Shown one piece after another: positions 8,692 to 17,801 of a DNA stretch of 64,000 nt; the stretch's first letter is position 1; each line of letters begins with the position of its first letter. The translations under genes and the position numbers were made by a program. Where the stretch lies: the IMG/VR virus record IMGVR_UViG_3300028197_000002. One strand, given 5' to 3'. The notes under the pieces were generated by a model, which saw only the letters and a list, made by a program, of their open reading frames with translations, did no database searches and was not told where the DNA came from. This DNA comes from a virus. Its lineage: Duplodnaviria; Caudoviricetes.

Positions 8692-8921
8692 GAAAGCCCA
8701 CTTCTTCTTTGTTTAAGTATACTCTGCACTCTTTTTTTTCTTTCTTCATCTCTTTGAGTTTTTGTCATTCCATTAACTTTGACTTCGCCTTGAGCTTGAA
8801 TAGAAATTTGATTTCTTGTTGATTGATTTGCAATTGTTCTATTCGTTGATCTGCTTGAAATTGGACCTAAAGCTTGTCTAGATCTTCTACCTCCACCGCC
8901 TCCTCTACATCCACAACCCAT
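8688..8921 (-). CDS. Small basic protein with MGCGC start
   Basis: 77 aa, MGCGCRGGGGGRR, Arg/Lys-rich; GGAG SD. Confidence 0.65.
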   Translation of the reverse strand: MGCGCRGGGGGRRSRQALGPISSRSTNRTIANQSTRNQISIQAQGEVKVNGMTKTQRDEERKKRVQSILKQRRSGLS

Positions 8922-8930
8922 TTCATTCTC

Positions 8931-9104
8931 CTATAAAAATTTAATGCTTTTTTTTACTCTTTTATATAGTTGTTGACTACTTTGTATTTTCTTGCAATTT
9001 TTGCCTCGACATCCAAGAGATCTACCACCACCACAATTGCAATTTCGCTTGCCACCTTCTAGATTTCTTAATCTATTCAAATTCATTCGAAATTTCTTAC
9101 CCAT
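8931..9104 (-). CDS. 57-aa basic Cys/Gly-rich protein (below ORF-track cutoff)
   Basis: Manual translation: MGKKFRMNLNRLRNLEGGKRNCNCGGGRSLGCRGKNCKKIQSSQQLYKRVKKSIKFL*; fills the gap exactly and its stop abuts the next SD. Confidence 0.65.
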   Translation of the reverse strand: MGKKFRMNLNRLRNLEGGKRNCNCGGGRSLGCRGKNCKKIQSSQQLYKRVKKSIKFL

Positions 9105-9114
9105 ATAAATATTT

Positions 9115-10617
9115 ATGAAAAATAAATTAATTAAAAAAACAATTGAAGCTTCGAAATTAAAAATAACAGAAAGAAATTATGAAGAGCTTGAGCTAATAGC
9201 AACTCAAGCATTAAAAATATATGCAAATAATGTTAATTTTAAATGCTTGAATGTCATAGCCAAAAAGAATCTAAATAAAGAATACTTTAACCAAATTAAG
9301 GAAATAGAAAATAGCTGTGCAGGTAATTTTGACTTAACAAGCACATTGGGTTTATTTTTTATAGATTTAGAAGAAATTGAATTAGCTAAAGACTTTTTCA
9401 AATTAGCAATAGCAATAGACCCAAAAAAAGAAGATGCTTGGCTTAATTTAGGAGTTTGTTTGAGACTAGAGAAAAATCTTGAGCAATCTTTAAAGCACAT
9501 TAAAAAAGCTTATGAATTAAATGAAAATAACTTTACGACACTCATAAACCTTGCAGGCGTTTACGCAGAAAGTCTAGAAATAGACAAGTCAATAAAGCAT
9601 TTAGAAAAAGCTCTAAAAATTGAACCAAATTCAAGTAAGGCAAACGTAGACTTAGGATGTTCTTATTACATAAAAGGAAAAATGAAGAAAGGTTTCAAAC
9701 ACTACCAGTATAGGTTTGAAGAATTTGAAAATCTTAAAAAAATAAAAAAAGAATTTGAAAAACAAGAATGGAAAAAATGGGAAGGAGAAAGAATAAAAGA
9801 TGATCAAAAAATTATTTTCTTCTCAGAGCAAGGCATAGGCGACTGTATAAACTTCATTAGATTTGTACAAGATTTCAAAACAATAAATCCAAAAGCAAAA
9901 TTTAAAATAATCATTCCTTCTGAGGCTGATGGTCTTTTTTCATTTGAAGAAAATGAATTCATAAAAGATAAAGATTTTAATCTAAAAGACTTGTCTGGTT
10001 ATGATTTCTACTGTTCTATAATCGACATTCCTTATTACTTAAACATAAGTAAAAAAGAAATAGAGAGCAGGTTCAAGCCTTATATATTTGCAAATAAGAA
10101 ATGTGATTATTCTTATTTTGAAAATTTATTTAAAATAGGGATATGTTGGGCTGGTAATCCAAAACATTCAAGAGACAACGAAAGATCATGCAGTTTATCT
10201 TTATTTAAAGATATATATAAAATTCCAAATGTGAAATTATTCAGTCTGCAAAAAGAACTAAACTCAAGAATAAGACCTTATGAGAAAAAGCCTGTTAGCT
10301 TGTCCGACTGTACTGATATTAAAATTGTAAACATGTCTCCTCACATGAAAACATGGGAAGACACAGCTTCAATTATAGATGGGATAGATTTGGTAATAAG
10401 TGTAGACACTTCAATTCTTCACTTAGCATGCGCAATGGGAAAACAAACATTTGGATTGTTGCCTTTTTTTCCTGATTGGAGATGGGGAGTTCTTTCTGAT
10501 CGTAGTTACTTATATCCAACTCTAAAACTCTTTAGACAAAAAGAAGCAGGAAATTGGAATGATGTGTTTTTAGACGTTACCAATTCTATAAAAAAATTAA
10601 GCCTTGATTATTTTTAG
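9115..10617 (+). CDS. TPR-repeat glycosyltransferase (GT-B, GT9-like)
   Basis: Several TPRs (AWLNLG, LINLAGVY, ANVDLG); EQGIGDCINFIRF, IGICWAGNP, DLVISVDTSILHLACAMG. Confidence 0.85.
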   Translation: MKNKLIKKTIEASKLKITERNYEELELIATQALKIYANNVNFKCLNVIAKKNLNKEYFNQIKEIENSCAGNFDLTSTLGLFFIDLEEIELAKDFFKLAIAIDPKKEDAWLNLGVCLRLEKNLEQSLKHIKKAYELNENNFTTLINLAGVYAESLEIDKSIKHLEKALKIEPNSSKANVDLGCSYYIKGKMKKGFKHYQYRFEEFENLKKIKKEFEKQEWKKWEGERIKDDQKIIFFSEQGIGDCINFIRFVQDFKTINPKAKFKIIIPSEADGLFSFEENEFIKDKDFNLKDLSGYDFYCSIIDIPYYLNISKKEIESRFKPYIFANKKCDYSYFENLFKIGICWAGNPKHSRDNERSCSLSLFKDIYKIPNVKLFSLQKELNSRIRPYEKKPVSLSDCTDIKIVNMSPHMKTWEDTASIIDGIDLVISVDTSILHLACAMGKQTFGLLPFFPDWRWGVLSDRSYLYPTLKLFRQKEAGNWNDVFLDVTNSIKKLSLDYF

Positions 10618-10706
10618 GTCTTTCATTTATAATTAATATTATCAAAATAATGTTTAATATTTATATATAAAATAGTACTAAAACAACGATTAATCAAGGA
10701 GGTGAC

Positions 10707-11300
10707 ATGTTGTTTAAATTAAATATCAAAACTGAACCTAACAAAATTGGTGAGGTTAAAATCATTGAGCCAATAGAAGCAAAGATTCAGGCTCTATCTG
10801 CTGCTTGGGACGAGCAGTCTAAAGAAATGCCAAAATCTGCTTGGTGGAAAAGAGCAATTAGTGGAGCAAATATATCTGCTGTTACAACCTTTTTAATGGG
10901 AGCAGTTGATGAATTGATTCAAACTGTCGAGGAGTTCGTTGATTACGGACCTGATAAAAAAGCCACTGTTTTAAATGGTATAGACAGATTATATGAGTAT
11001 GTAATTAAAGAAGCTTTACCCATATGGTTAAAACCATTTGCCAATCAAGTCAAGCAATACGTCATATACGTTTTGATTTCAAATGCAATTGATTGGATGG
11101 TTGGAAAATACAGAGACGGAAATTGGAAGCCTGAAGCAGCTGAAGAGGTTGTGGAAGTTAAAAGTTCAATCAAAGACCTTAATTTTTACAAATCTTTAAA
11201 AGTAACAGAACTAAAAGATCTACTTAGAAAAGCAGGTAAAAAAGTTTCTGGGACCAAAGATATCTTAATTAATAGATTAATAGGCCAGTTGACCAACTGA
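10707..11300 (+). CDS. Hypothetical protein with C-terminal SAP/HeH nucleic-acid-binding motif
   Basis: LKVTELKDLLRKAGKKVSGTKDILINRL; AAGGAGGT SD. Confidence 0.65.
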   Translation: MLFKLNIKTEPNKIGEVKIIEPIEAKIQALSAAWDEQSKEMPKSAWWKRAISGANISAVTTFLMGAVDELIQTVEEFVDYGPDKKATVLNGIDRLYEYVIKEALPIWLKPFANQVKQYVIYVLISNAIDWMVGKYRDGNWKPEAAEEVVEVKSSIKDLNFYKSLKVTELKDLLRKAGKKVSGTKDILINRLIGQLTN

Positions 11301-11310
11301 TGTTCAAACA

Positions 11311-11346
11311 AAAGGTTCTTGGAAAAATTCCAAGAACCTTTATTTT
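11311..11346 (+). terminator. Intrinsic terminator
   Basis: 14-bp perfect stem aaaggttcttggaa / ttccaagaaccttt, 3-nt loop, T-rich tail. Confidence 0.8.
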
Positions 11347-11383
11347 AACAAATTAAATAATTAAATAAACAAGGAGGTTTATT

Positions 11384-12340
11384 ATGAAGAATAGATTGAG
11401 CTTATTTCCATACGAAATGGAAAATGTGTTTTCTATTCAGGAGGTCAAGCAAAAAGCCAGTTGGGGAATCAACGCTTTAAACGTGCCTTCTGTTTGGAAG
11501 AAATCTAAAGGTAAGGGAATTCGAGTTGCGGTCTTAGATAGTGGCTGCGATTTGGACCATCCTGATTTAAAAAACAATTTGCTTCCCGGAGCTAATTTCA
11601 TTAATCCAAGAAAAAAACCTTGGGATGACAACAATCATGGCACGCACGTCTGTGGAATAATAGCAAGCGAAAACAATGATATAGGAGTAGTAGGAGTTGC
11701 ACCTGAGTGCAAGATCATTCCTATAAAAGTTTTAGACAATGCTGGAAACGGAAGTGAAAAAAGTGTTTGTGAGGGAATAAGATGGGCTGTAGACAAAGGA
11801 AAAGCAGATTTCATCTGCATGTCTTTAGGCGCTCCTAATCCTGTTTCTGGAGTAGAGAAAGCTTTAAAGTACGCAACTTCAAAAGGAGTCATTTCCTTTG
11901 TTGCTGCTGGAAATTCGGGGAAGACAAAAAAAGTTTTTTATCCTGCTAATTATCCTGAAACGATAGCGATTGGATCTATTGACGAAAACAAAAGAAGATC
12001 GCACTTCAGCAATACAGGACACAATTTAGATTTTATGGCTCCGGGCAATAAGATTTTATCCACCGTACCGGATGACTGGTACGCTGTCTTAAGTGGAACA
12101 AGCATGGCAACACCTTTTATGGTTGGCATTGCTGCTTTACTTTTGTCTTATTCAAGAGCTAATGGAAATAAAATGCGATTGAAAACCAAAGCAGATTATG
12201 TGAAGGTATTCAAGCAGCATACTTTTCCAATTAAAAACGAAAAAATGAAAAATAATAGATTTTATGAAGGTTTTGGAATAGTAGATCCCAAGAAGCTATT
12301 TCAAAACTTAAAATCTTTTATGTTGGAGCTAATGTTATAA
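11384..12340 (+). CDS. Subtilisin-like serine protease (S8)
   Basis: Catalytic triad motifs VLDSG, HGTHVCG, GTSMATP; oxyanion AAGN; no signal peptide. Confidence 0.95.
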   Translation: MKNRLSLFPYEMENVFSIQEVKQKASWGINALNVPSVWKKSKGKGIRVAVLDSGCDLDHPDLKNNLLPGANFINPRKKPWDDNNHGTHVCGIIASENNDIGVVGVAPECKIIPIKVLDNAGNGSEKSVCEGIRWAVDKGKADFICMSLGAPNPVSGVEKALKYATSKGVISFVAAGNSGKTKKVFYPANYPETIAIGSIDENKRRSHFSNTGHNLDFMAPGNKILSTVPDDWYAVLSGTSMATPFMVGIAALLLSYSRANGNKMRLKTKADYVKVFKQHTFPIKNEKMKNNRFYEGFGIVDPKKLFQNLKSFMLELML

Positions 12341-12910
12341 TTCTTTTAATATTAGTTTATTTATTTCTTCTTGGATCAGGTTTTGTTGTTCAGAATTGTT
12401 AGAGTGTTTTTCGAATTGGCTTATTAGAGATTTTAATCCCATTATTACTAGCTTTAAACGATGGGCTTCTTCGTAATTTTCTTTTTCTACGCAAGAAGAA
12501 AGTTTTTTCTCTAATTTTACGAGAAAGTCTTTGAAATTAACTTCAAAGACTTTCTTTTTTTGCTCTGGAGATTTTCCTGAATGTGTGATTTCTTTATTGC
12601 TGGGAGTCGTTTGAGTCTTTTTTATAACTAATGATACAAAGTCTTGAAAAGTGGAATAACACAAAGAGCATCCGAGTATTCCAGTTTTTATATATTGCTC
12701 GAATGATAGTCCACATTCACAAACATTATTGCGAACAGAAGGGTGAATTATCAAAGAAGATTCTTTCGGTTTTTTAAAATCACTAAAAAAACAGTTTTTA
12801 CAAAGATCTAAATTTTCAACATTTCCGTCTTTGTTGATATCTGTCACATGATAACATTTGACAGCATTACACTCTTTTTTATTTATTGGACATTCCATAG
12901 GACATTCCAT
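12335..12910 (-). CDS. mcsA: McsA-like protein-arginine-kinase activator (Cys motifs plus UVR domain)
   Basis: LCKNC, CECGLSFEQYIKTGILGCSLCYSTF, HSGKSP, VEKENYEEAHRLK match the McsA layout. Confidence 0.8.
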   Translation of the reverse strand: MECPMECPINKKECNAVKCYHVTDINKDGNVENLDLCKNCFFSDFKKPKESSLIIHPSVRNNVCECGLSFEQYIKTGILGCSLCYSTFQDFVSLVIKKTQTTPSNKEITHSGKSPEQKKKVFEVNFKDFLVKLEKKLSSCVEKENYEEAHRLKLVIMGLKSLISQFEKHSNNSEQQNLIQEEINKLILKEL

Positions 12911-12916
12911 AATTAG

Positions 12917-13840
12917 CTAATTGAAGAGTTCCCCACGCGCAGAACGATCAAGTACAGGAATTTGGCGGGCGAAGGAACCGGCAGGTGGGATTGATTTTCC
13001 AGATATTCGTAATTTAAATTCTAAGTCCACAGTTGAAGTACCAGATCCTGTGGTTTCTCTTTTAATCCAAATAGGCACTCCATCTCCCGGCCTTAAATCT
13101 CCTATTGAAATTGGATTGTCCGCAAAAGTATCAGAAAACACAACTCCAAAAGGAGTGGTTAAAGAATTCGGCAAAAGAGGAGCCTCAGAATTTATTGGCT
13201 GTCCTTCTGTAGCTTCACTAATGGAAATCGAAGCAGCAGGAGTTATGTTTAAATTTGTGGCTGTTAAAAGTTCATGATTTCTATTGTTCTCACCTCCTAA
13301 AAAAGAAATTAGAAAATCAGAATTCGAAGAAGCATTGACAACCACTCCAGAAAAATTTCCTCCCAGAACAGATAATCTATTTAACTCTCTTTGAATATTG
13401 TTTGCCATTTGTTCGGAATCACTACTGTACGGAATAGAATCCGTAGTTGATGTCTCATACTGTAATTTAAAACTTCCACTTGCAGGCGTTCCTGTGAGAG
13501 AAATATTTAAATTCTGAACTTCTGTTGAAGTTGATAATCCCAAAGTAATATTAGAAAAAACATCTCCTGTTCCTGATTGTTGAAGAACATAGATTGATGC
13601 TTCATACAAAGAATATAATTCTGAAGTATTGAATATATAAAAACACCTATAGTCAATTCCATCTGGTCCAAGGCTGGTCGGTGCCCCAAGGCCAGCGACA
13701 TCTGTAACATCTGTAAATATGCTATTCGCTATACCTTCTATTAAATTTACAGAAGCCTTCCCTCCAATTGATTTGGTAGGATCTAAATTGTTGCTACCGC
13801 CTGAATAGAAAAAATTGATGTCGCTTGCTGATATAGTCAT
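12917..13840 (-). CDS. Putative virion structural protein
   Basis: DINFFYSGG..DPTKSIGG..DYRCFYIFN pattern; Ser/Thr/Gly-rich, low Lys; ACTAAATA upstream. Confidence 0.55.
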   Translation of the reverse strand: MTISASDINFFYSGGSNNLDPTKSIGGKASVNLIEGIANSIFTDVTDVAGLGAPTSLGPDGIDYRCFYIFNTSELYSLYEASIYVLQQSGTGDVFSNITLGLSTSTEVQNLNISLTGTPASGSFKLQYETSTTDSIPYSSDSEQMANNIQRELNRLSVLGGNFSGVVVNASSNSDFLISFLGGENNRNHELLTATNLNITPAASISISEATEGQPINSEAPLLPNSLTTPFGVVFSDTFADNPISIGDLRPGDGVPIWIKRETTGSGTSTVDLEFKLRISGKSIPPAGSFARQIPVLDRSARGELFN

Positions 13841-13887
13841 TTTGATAATCTTTTTTTAAATAATTCGAACATGCTTATTTAGTTAAA

Positions 13888-13916
13888 TTGACATCAATAA
13901 TTTCAAATACTAAAAT
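13888..13916 (+). promoter_or_regulatory. Sigma70-type promoter, leaderless geometry
   Basis: TTGACA-N17-TAAAAT-N6-ATG(13923); no SD. Confidence 0.75.
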
Positions 13917-13922
13917 AAACAC

Positions 13923-14837
13923 ATGAATTTCAGCATAGGAACAGATCCAGAATTTATTTTAACCGATATAGAGTATACACCAAAAAGCTCAATAGGAATA
14001 TTAAAACATAAAGATAAAGCTGTTCCGGGCGGTAAAAATAAAATTTACTATGACAATGTTCTAGCCGAAGTAAATACAACTCCTTCTTTTACAAAAGAAG
14101 ACTTTTTAAAAAATATTAAATATTCTTTAAAAAGTCTAGTTGAAGTGATTAAGCCTTTGAAGATCAGCAAAGATTCTTTTGCTATTTTTTCTAGCTCAGA
14201 ATTAAATCATAAAGATGCTTTTGAGTTTGGTTGTGAAAGAGAGTATTGCGCATACGATCTTGATGTACACCAGATGAGCTTTGCACTAGGGGATGCTAGA
14301 TTTGCAGGCGGACATGTTCACATAGGAATTGATATAAAAAATCAAGAAGAACAAGTCATGCTTGTTCGAATGTTAGATTTGTTTTTAGGAATTTCTTTAA
14401 TTTTAATAGATGATTCAAGAAATTGTCATAAAAGAAGATCTTGTTTTGGCAAACTTGGAAGATATAGAAAAACGTCATATGGGATTGAATACAGAACTCC
14501 AAGCAATTTTTGGATATTTTATCCAAGTTTAATTGAACTTGTATATGATATTGTTGAATTCGTCATTGATTTTGTAAAAAGAGAAAAGCATTTTAATTTT
14601 TGGAAAATAGATTATGACAAATTAAATTCTGATGAGTTCTGGAACAACGGTGGCAATCCTTCTGCGTGTCATGATTGCTTTGGATATGACGTAAACTTTT
14701 TAAAAAAAATAACCAAGAAAGAAGAATTGAAATTAAATTCAAATATAATTCAAATCATCAATTTGAATCTACCTAAAAAAATACTAGAAAAAGTAAAAGA
14801 AATTAAAGATAATAAAACAAGTTGGGATTTTATTTAG
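13923..14837 (+). CDS. phiEco32-like COOH.NH2 ligase (amidoligase, type 2)
   Basis: IGTDPEF, DNVLAEVN, FGCERE, RFAGGHVHIG, RR..FGKLGRYR, GIEYRTPSNFW. Confidence 0.85.
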   Translation: MNFSIGTDPEFILTDIEYTPKSSIGILKHKDKAVPGGKNKIYYDNVLAEVNTTPSFTKEDFLKNIKYSLKSLVEVIKPLKISKDSFAIFSSSELNHKDAFEFGCEREYCAYDLDVHQMSFALGDARFAGGHVHIGIDIKNQEEQVMLVRMLDLFLGISLILIDDSRNCHKRRSCFGKLGRYRKTSYGIEYRTPSNFWIFYPSLIELVYDIVEFVIDFVKREKHFNFWKIDYDKLNSDEFWNNGGNPSACHDCFGYDVNFLKKITKKEELKLNSNIIQIINLNLPKKILEKVKEIKDNKTSWDFI

Positions 14838-15288
14838 GACCACGTTTCATAGGCACAGCTCTTAACTTTTCAACATGCTTGTCTTTTTTGCCTTTTAAAT
14901 TGTCCATCATATCTTTTAAATACTTGACCATTTCTGATGGCTTTTCACATGGGCATTTTTCTGAACTTTGAACCATAACTGACTTTTTATTTTTGTTGTA
15001 AAATCCTTTAGAAGTAATAAAACAACCTTTGTCAACTTCTGGATTGAAGCTAATCATTCCAACCCATTCTCCATCATCCCAATTTCTTGAAGAAACTAAA
15101 ATCCTTAAAGGTTCATTGTCAAATACTAACTTGACATGATATCCACAATTTTTCATCCCAGCACTTACGTATGATAATGCTATCTTAGCAAATCCGTTCA
15201 AGACATCTTCCATATTAGTTTTATAATTAACCGCTACAGAGTATCTTGATGCATCTTCTCTTAATGAATACCATTCTGTGAATTTCAT
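14830..15288 (-). CDS. Hypothetical protein with CTS-like N-terminus
   Basis: MKFTEWYSLRE; ACTATATA 5 nt before ATG. Confidence 0.7.
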   Translation of the reverse strand: MKFTEWYSLREDASRYSVAVNYKTNMEDVLNGFAKIALSYVSAGMKNCGYHVKLVFDNEPLRILVSSRNWDDGEWVGMISFNPEVDKGCFITSKGFYNKNKKSVMVQSSEKCPCEKPSEMVKYLKDMMDNLKGKKDKHVEKLRAVPMKRGPK

Positions 15289-15303
15289 ATTTCTATATAG
15301 TCC

Positions 15304-16203
15304 TTAATCCATAGATATATAAGGCAAATCCCCAAATTTGAAAATCAAATCTTCAAACCATTTGACCCTATCTTCTCTTGCTTCTGTTAAGAGTTGTTGA
15401 CCATCTAAAACAACACCTCCACCAACTCCGGGAACATTTTGGTACTTGCTTCTAATTCTTCCAAGTATTTCTTTTGCATATGTCAAAGCTCCTTCTTGCA
15501 TGGCTTGAGTAACATCTCCCCAATCTTTACATTTTTGAAGATAGTGAACTATAACCTTTTGAGGTCGGTAGGGAATGGGATATAATTTAATAGTATTCAA
15601 ACCTCCAACAAATTCCCAGCCTCCAAGATTAGAACTTACTCTTGAAAACATTTCTTCGTATTGCTTGTAAAGAACCCACTCCCCCATTCTTCCCCATATA
15701 GGTTGGACAGGGTCTATCATGCCTCCTTGAATAGAAGCATAAGATCCACCGGGATAAAAATACTCTATAGGTATAGCTCCATCTAAATCACTACTTTGAA
15801 AACCAAAGCTTCCTATTTCTTTGTAAAAGACATTTCTCACCAATCCTACATCTGGTGGCATCTCATAGACACTTTTCCCAGCGACAGAATCAAACACATG
15901 ATACGAGAAATACTCTCGCCCAGCATAATCTTCAAAAACCTTAAGCGCTTGATCTACGCAAAAATCTAAAGCTTGTTCATCAAACTCTAATTTCAATGTA
16001 GGCGCTCCTAACATCAGCAAAACATAATCTCTGACTTGTTCTCTGACTTTTTCTCTTTTTTTTCTAGATTTGCAATTAACTCTTGGGTCTATTGGATCAA
16101 CTGGACCCAAATCTGAGCCTCCGGAAGAAGAACACAAAATAGAAGACATGTTGCCTTTTGTTGGTCTGTTTATTGCCAAAGTATTATTTCCGCTACAACT
16201 CAT
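15304..16203 (-). CDS. Neck/head-tail adaptor protein, T4 gp13-like
   Basis: DYVLLMLGAP...DFCVDQAL and YAKEILGRIRSKY.NVPG.GGGVVLDGQQL. Confidence 0.85.
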   Translation of the reverse strand: MSCSGNNTLAINRPTKGNMSSILCSSSGGSDLGPVDPIDPRVNCKSRKKREKVREQVRDYVLLMLGAPTLKLEFDEQALDFCVDQALKVFEDYAGREYFSYHVFDSVAGKSVYEMPPDVGLVRNVFYKEIGSFGFQSSDLDGAIPIEYFYPGGSYASIQGGMIDPVQPIWGRMGEWVLYKQYEEMFSRVSSNLGGWEFVGGLNTIKLYPIPYRPQKVIVHYLQKCKDWGDVTQAMQEGALTYAKEILGRIRSKYQNVPGVGGGVVLDGQQLLTEAREDRVKWFEDLIFKFGDLPYISMD

Positions 16204-16263
16204 ATCATAATCTCCTTTACATTATATATAAAAAATAAAATAGAAGTTACTAAATTAAAAATT

Positions 16264-16566
16264 ATGTGGGATCAATATTTTAATAAGCCTTATTCTGGAC
16301 CTGTCAAAAAATATCTATTTGAAGTGTTGACAGAAAAATATGAAAAAAATGAGCCTGTTATAGACAGGCTCATGCATACCTTCGATATGAAAAAAGATAT
16401 TGAGGAATTAGTTGAGTTATTTGGAGATATTTACCAAAGTGGATATGAAGTTTCTTATAACCAATTTAAAGAAGAAATAGCAAAGCATGATTATTTAACC
16501 AAATTGCTTCCTCCTGAAGAGAAGGTCAAACAACAGAAAAATAATGCAATTTTCAAAGAAGACTAA
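16264..16566 (+). CDS. Hypothetical protein
   Basis: 100-aa ORF fills the gap between divergent/convergent genes. Confidence 0.6.
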   Translation: MWDQYFNKPYSGPVKKYLFEVLTEKYEKNEPVIDRLMHTFDMKKDIEELVELFGDIYQSGYEVSYNQFKEEIAKHDYLTKLLPPEEKVKQQKNNAIFKED

Positions 16567-17303
16567 GAAAAATCTGGATTATCCTCCGAAGGGATTGCTG
16601 TGAATAGCCATCCTATATCCTTAGAGACTTTTCCAGAAATTTTCCACCATCTATTTTCATCATATGGAACCCTATCATAACTAGAAGTTTTTGAATTATA
16701 AACTTCGTAGCAAAATGGAAATATTATAGATTTATTTTCCAATTTGTCGTTTGGATCTGTGGTCCAAAACTCTAAGCTCAGATCATTGTTTTTTGTAACC
16801 ACAGAAGGAAATATAAATTTTTCTCCATAGGATACTTTGATCCATTTTTCTCCATATAGGGAGTCTTGCCCAGTTTTTGTTTTTGCTGGCAAGCAATGCA
16901 TCAGGACTTTTCTTTTAAGTAAAGGAAATTTATAATTAGCCCATTTTGAATCTTCATTGTTTTTAGAAACTTGTTCTTTCTCAACAGGGACAGCAGACTC
17001 AGGCGGAATAGTGGGTCGTACAGGAACAGGTTGAACAGTGGGTTGTGCAGGAACAGGTTGAACAAACTCAGGTTGAACAGGGTTAACTAAAGGTTCTTTA
17101 ACTGGCGCTGGGTATCTGACTTCTTGTCCAATAGTAGAATTCAAGGAGTTTTTAGTCGATGGTTGTGCGTTTTTGTCAAAGTAAATATCGTCCCATTTTA
17201 AATTATAAAATTTAAGACTATCCATATTCCAACAATATTGGCCTTCGACTAATTTATTGGGACCTTCTAATACATAAATATCGCCATTTTTATCTTTTAT
17301 CAT
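16563..17303 (-). CDS. Hypothetical protein with Pro/Val/Gln linker
   Basis: PVQPEFVQPVPAQPTVQPVPVRP linker; start inferred from AAGG SD before MIKDK. Confidence 0.65.
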   Translation of the reverse strand: MIKDKNGDIYVLEGPNKLVEGQYCWNMDSLKFYNLKWDDIYFDKNAQPSTKNSLNSTIGQEVRYPAPVKEPLVNPVQPEFVQPVPAQPTVQPVPVRPTIPPESAVPVEKEQVSKNNEDSKWANYKFPLLKRKVLMHCLPAKTKTGQDSLYGEKWIKVSYGEKFIFPSVVTKNNDLSLEFWTTDPNDKLENKSIIFPFCYEVYNSKTSSYDRVPYDENRWWKISGKVSKDIGWLFTAIPSEDNPDFS

Positions 17304-17390
17304 TTTCATCCTTAACACTCTAAATAAAATAGTTCGATTTTTTGTAAAAAACACATATATATTAAGCAAACCTAATTAGGAGAAAAAACA

Positions 17391-17780
17391 ATGACATTAG
17401 TGGTATCTGACGAGGGTGAAAGAAGAATTCTCGAATATATAGTAGATAGAAACATTGCACTTCATTTATATACTAATTCTGTAGCTTTGTCAGGAGAGAC
17501 ATTTAATACAGCCAGTTTCACAGAAGCAACAGAAACAGGATACGCAGCCACAACTATAACATCTGCTGGATGGGCGGCTACTACCACTGGTGGGATCAGT
17601 TCTGCTCTGTATGACAATGGAATAACCTTTTCCTTTTCAACAGGCCAAGATGTTCAAGGCTACTACATGACAGACACTTCAGACCAAATACTATGGGCTG
17701 AAGAATTTCCAGGAGCGCCTTTTCAATTGCCTGTCGGTGGTGGAGATATCGCTGTTCGTCCACAATTACAACTTGACTAA
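17391..17780 (+). CDS. Small virion structural protein
   Basis: LHLYTNS..FTEATETGYAA pattern typical of small tail-associated proteins; AGGAG SD. Confidence 0.55.
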   Translation: MTLVVSDEGERRILEYIVDRNIALHLYTNSVALSGETFNTASFTEATETGYAATTITSAGWAATTTGGISSALYDNGITFSFSTGQDVQGYYMTDTSDQILWAEEFPGAPFQLPVGGGDIAVRPQLQLD

Positions 17781-17801
17781 AAAAAATAACACGGAGGTAG
17801 A

